Shown here piece by piece: positions 55,201-58,060 of a stretch of 58,060 bases of DNA (the stretch's first letter is position 1; every line of letters begins with the position of its first letter). Below the pieces are notes generated by a model that was given only the letters and a program-made list of their open reading frames with translations, searched no databases and was not told the origin of the DNA. Origin of the DNA: Barthelona sp. PAP020. Its lineage: Eukaryota. The stretch spans positions 1 through 58,060 of the forward strand of contig JARQWU010000036.1 of assembly GCA_040182905.1 (NCBI GenBank). Reading direction: 5' to 3'. The position numbers were made by a program, and so were the translations under genes.

Positions 55201-55634
55201 GAGTGGTTTATTATCAAAGATTAAGACACATGGTGAATGATAAATATCAAGTTCGTTCAACTGGTCCCGTAAATGCTGTTACCAGACAACCTGTTAAAGG
55301 TAGAAAACTTGGTGGTGGTATTCGTTTCGGTGAAATGGAAAGAGATTCTTTATTGGGTCATGGTGTTGCACACATGTTGAGAGATCGTACATTGAACAGC
55401 AGTGATATATGTCATTGTTATTGTTGCAAAGACTGTTCAACGTTACTATCATCATTATCTATTCCAAGAACAAAACAAGGATTTAGTATCGAAGAGGATG
55501 TTAAGTGTCGAATTTGTGGTGAAACAAAAGGTATCAGAAAAATTGTCATCCCTTATGTTTTTTATTATTTAGTCAATGAATTAGCTGCAATGAATATTGC
55601 TGTTGAATTAAATTTAGATGATCTACATGTTTGA
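52263..55634 (+). CDS. RPA2: RNA polymerase I second-largest subunit (Rpa135/POLR1B)
   Basis: PHIDSFN; RKLLPESWGFLC.VHTPDG.PCGLLNHL; NQSPRNMYQCQMGKQTMG; GDKFSSRHGQKG; IINPHAFPSRMTIGM; GGIRFGEMERD; C-terminal Zn finger. First ATG at 52263. Confidence 0.95.
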   Translation: MMDNMNNNCIPPDNERLLSLAAPHIDSFNFFLGEGIKLAIEALPSYFVEEESNPDVEIWIDSVEFEKPKLLQGGKSLSLYPHECRQLNLTYGGNIIVNMGRRVGDEAVQYSTRSLGQIPFMIKSNLCHLYKKSTEQLVELGEELHEMGGYFLINGLERCVRLLIANRRNHPLCVKRSAFQKRGANYTEYGVMMRCVANDETAHTVVLHLLNDGSATLRFLLDKTEYFINAIVLLRCFRETNDKEIFDCIVGGEENPYLTDRLELMLSQSHERKLFSREQCLSFLGQQFRHTLNLSKKTTDADAGAILLERFIFCHLQSTDDKFSLLCLLIRMLYESAQGRISPDNPDATSNHELYLPGNLILQIVKESLEDYLITSQRALSEAIKNGNYSGKPFNVYTNESWNHLLGRTSVNIGNRIEYFLSTGNLRSRTGLDLPQVSGFSVVAERLNWLRYLAHFRAVHRGRFFMEMKTTAGRKLLPESWGFLCAVHTPDGAPCGLLNHLCAECLISKHQDPQVIINSLYSLGIIPSKPITPLNVDKVLPVLLNGNVIGWLPKKIALKTTNNIRKLKNSSLLPSGLEIALRLEQFGVLDALYLYTTRSRFLRPVNNLKSDTVELIGSLEQVYMDIAVTKPEIIEEVTTHCEIDPTAMLSVVAQLTPFSDHNQSPRNMYQCQMGKQTMGTPSLVLQNRNDNKMYRIQNVQWPIVQNVAQDRYSIDDYPQGVNAIVAILSFTGYDMEDACIINKSAYERGFGHGSVYLHEEVHLSEPGSSVHRIREHFGNVDSRGRRIVEEIDEDGFPSVGTLINPGDPLCVSIDHISGKPRIHRFKKKEPAFVEQIVMIGDPHNAGRSLQSVRFKLRVNRNPVIGDKFSSRHGQKGVLSMLWPQEQMPFTEQGLTPDLIINPHAFPSRMTIGMMIESMAGKVGALTGEKQDSTPFQFDEENPAIHYFGEKLKDEGYQYFGQETLYSPITGEQFEADIFLGVVYYQRLRHMVNDKYQVRSTGPVNAVTRQPVKGRKLGGGIRFGEMERDSLLGHGVAHMLRDRTLNSSDICHCYCCKDCSTLLSSLSIPRTKQGFSIEEDVKCRICGETKGIRKIVIPYVFYYLVNELAAMNIAVELNLDDLHV

Positions 55635-55920
55635 AGCATTTGAAAATTATAAAATTTTGTCGGAATCTTTTTTTTAATCCTTTCCAAACAAACAAAAATT
55701 GAAAAACATTTATGAAAAAAGAATTTTGTGCAGTGAAATTATTTTCATTAAAACAATCTCCTTTCTTTTATAATTCAATCATGCATTTACTACATTACAT
55801 TGATGAGCAATTTAAAACGTCAAATAACAATTAAACAAGATGAAAAAAAAAATATGCAAAATTTTTGGTAAAAAGTTTTTCCTTCCTTCTTCTTTTTGAG
55901 CATTCAATAGTACACAAACC

Positions 55921-55957
55921 GTTTGTATTTTCCTTTATTCTTACCTAACATGGATAG
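55921..55957 (+). other. Probable 37-nt 5'-UTR intron ending immediately before the RPS15A ATG
   Basis: GTTTGT...CCTAACATGGATAG|ATG. The branch/acceptor layout matches the other introns. Confidence 0.6.
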
Positions 55958-56421
55958 ATGGTTCGTATTTCATGTCTCGCTGATGCTTTAAACGCAATTG
56001 TTACCGCCGAACGTAATGGACGTCGTCAAGTTCTTATCAGACCTGCATCTAAGGTTGTAATTCACTTCCTTCAAGTCATGCAAAAGCACGGTATGTTTTT
56101 TTGACAATTTTTTTTGTATTTTATTTTCATTTTTGTTTTTAAAGTGTTTTCTAACCTTCAGGATATATTGGAGATTTCGAATATGTTGATGATCACAGAT
56201 CTGGAAAGATTGTTGTTCAACTTCTTGGACGTATTAACAAGGCTGGTGCCATTTCTCCTCGTTACGACATTGCACACGAAGAAATTGAAAAGTGGGTTAA
56301 CAACTTGTTGCCTTCTCGTCAATTTGGAAAGATCGTTCTCACCACTTCCATGGGTATTATGGACCATGATGAAGCTCGTCGTCGTCATACTGGTGGTAAG
56401 GTTCTCGGATATTTCGCCTAA
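55958..56421 (+). CDS. RPS15A: 40S ribosomal protein uS8 (130 aa; exons 55958-56090, 56162-56421)
   Basis: [11 protein letters not shown]...[11 protein letters not shown]...[37 protein letters not shown]...LLPSRQFG...[23 protein letters not shown]. Confidence 0.95.
56091..56161 (+). other. Spliceosomal intron, 71 nt (RPS15A)
   Basis: GTATGT...TCTAACCTTCAG, phase 1. Confidence 0.9.
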
Positions 56422-56498
56422 TCATTTATGGTTTGATAATTGTTTTTCACCTTGGTTTGTTTGATAAAACTCAATAATAAATTTTCTTTTTTAAACAT

Positions 56499-56882
56499 TT
56501 ACAACAATTCAAGTTCATCCCAATTTTCAAAGGAATCGTATGGCATATTAGTTTCCATTTCCTTAATTTGTTTTTCAGATTCTAAAATTTCTTCCTCCTC
56601 ACAAGTTGTCGAGATGCAGTTTTTCAATTCTAAAGCTTGCTCTCCTGCACTTGATACAATCAATAATTTTAGGCCTGATAAAAATTGCAATAAATTATGT
56701 GTGTTTGTTTCTAGTTTGGAATAAATAATGGATAATTTCTGATGTTGAAGATGAAAATTGTTTTTAATTTGAGGATCAGTAATAATTGCCGTTGAAAATA
56801 ATTCTTCATAACACTTAGATATTTCACTTAGAAGTTGTTTGTGTGGCCATTTTGAATGAAAATCAGTCTTTGATTCAGCCAT
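56499..56882 (-). CDS. Small helical protein, possible Mediator subunit Med22
   Basis: ISKCYEELFSTAIITD and KLETNTHNLLQFLSGLKLLIVS parallel Med22 IMDNFTEIIKTAKIED and NIVRAGESLMKLVSDLKQFLIL. Confidence 0.45.
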   Translation of the reverse strand: MAESKTDFHSKWPHKQLLSEISKCYEELFSTAIITDPQIKNNFHLQHQKLSIIYSKLETNTHNLLQFLSGLKLLIVSSAGEQALELKNCISTTCEEEEILESEKQIKEMETNMPYDSFENWDELELL

Positions 56883-57522
56883 TGATAAAAATGGAAAAAA
56901 AAGATATTTTTTTGTCCGAATTGTTTACGATTGAAAGAATTATTGGAAAAAATCGAAGATTAAAAGAAATATAATTAAAGCATTGTAGAAGAATCATCCA
57001 TATTTTGTTCTTTATGTGAAAAAGACCAGATTGAATATAAGGGAAAAGTCTTGTAACGAATTATTAATGTCATGAATTCCCTTGAAACATAGACAAACTT
57101 ATATGTTGGTATTCTGGAAATTAAGGTGAAGAATTTGTGTGTCCAACATATTTCCCAAACCCTCCATTTTCATAGAATGTTTGTTAGTTTGTCAATATAA
57201 CCTTTATTTTTTGTTCCTGAGTATTCTTTGATGTTTTTATTCGATGGAACTCCACTTTCAGAAGGCTGACTAATGTTTGAAAAACTTTTTTTTTTAATCT
57301 ATTTGAATTCTCCTTCATAACAGGCGCTTTTGATTTGCTTTTTCTCAAATACAAACTATCTGGATTGGCAGAGCAAACGTTTGTTAAATACATAAAAGTT
57401 GAAGGAAAAATCACAAACACCAAATTATCCTTTCTTTTTGCAATAACATCAAAGCATTGAAATGCCTGAAAAATAATATAACAATAAACTACCGTTTTTT
57501 TATTTCAAAAAGCTAAGTAAAA

Positions 57523-57840
57523 TTAGAAATTTGTGTTGATAAGTTCCTTTTCTTGGGCAAACATAGTAATTGCAGCATCAGATTTACCACGAGAACGAAC
57601 AAAACCAGAAAGAGCAATAGTTTCAGTTTCGCCAGTAATAACACCATTTTCATCAAGGGTAGCAATATCAACTTGAATAGAAGCATGATCCTTGGCAGAA
57701 ATAATTCTGTGGGTGGCGTGGCTACAAGTTAGAATAAATTACAAACAAAATGGTTGATAAATAAATAAAATCAATCAGACCATAACATACCACTTACGAG
57801 GAATATAAAGATCAACGGTTTCACCAGAAGCGTTTAACAT
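57523..57840 (-). CDS. RPS21: 40S ribosomal protein eS21 (82 aa; exons 57840-57791, 57721-57523)
   Basis: MLNASGETVDLYIPRKC|HATHRIISAKDHASIQV...ALSGFVRSRGKSDAAI. Absent from the ORF track. Confidence 0.95.
57722..57790 (-). other. Spliceosomal intron, 69 nt (RPS21)
   Basis: GTATGT...TCTAACTTGTAG, phase 2. Confidence 0.9.
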
Positions 57841-58060
57841 TTCGAAAAAATAACGGAGAAAAAGTAGAAGAAAATTTTTCACAAAAATTTTATTTTTTGT
57901 TTTGTTTGGTTTGGTTTCAAATCAGATAAAAATAAAAAAAATGATAAATGTTTATGTTAAAGACTATAATAAACTTGATAGATAATGTGAAATTCCTTCT
58001 TTTTAAAAGGAATAGAATTTTCTTTGTTTTCTGTGATTACGTACCCTTTCTTTGTCTTTT

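Noticed and set aside
52263..55634. Possible intein in RPA2
   Set aside because: Length (~1120 aa) and motif spacing are normal, and no intein motifs are seen.
3317..55634. Non-standard genetic code (TAR=Gln) as an explanation for the interrupted frames
   Set aside because: Long conserved genes have no in-frame stops and end in TAA, TAG or TGA at expected positions; the relics also contain frameshifts.

Overview
AT-rich, very gene-dense eukaryotic nuclear DNA in the standard genetic code, from a flagellated protist (outer-arm dynein beta HC, IFT52, CFAP299, TTC29). Introns are rare, tiny (37-71 nt) and near gene 5' ends, with a CTAAY branch point 6-10 nt from the 3' AG. This resembles metamonads, but the taxon is an inference. 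About 24 protein genes can be supported. Several are missed or mis-started by the ORF track: the ankyrin gene running off the left edge, dynein exon 1, RPS24, RPS11, CTF8, IFT52 exon 1, RPS15A and RPS21. Most are housekeeping genes. The standout elements are: (i) a mosaic array of near-identical 99-bp ankyrin modules varying mainly at predicted binding-surface positions; (ii) a dispersed family of decayed copies of an unidentified gene (clear pair at ~2.05-2.7 kb and ~47.5-48.1 kb, probable third at ~24.8-25.3 kb), each beside an accessory-type gene; (iii) a stand-alone Schlafen/AlbA_2 protein with intact catalytic acids; (iv) a 1900-aa DEK1-like multipass calpain; (v) a Rad18-like RING-SAP protein with a WW-like domain. 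No rRNA, tRNA, CRISPR array or intact mobile element was recognised. All family calls come from motif recognition by eye, with no database searches.
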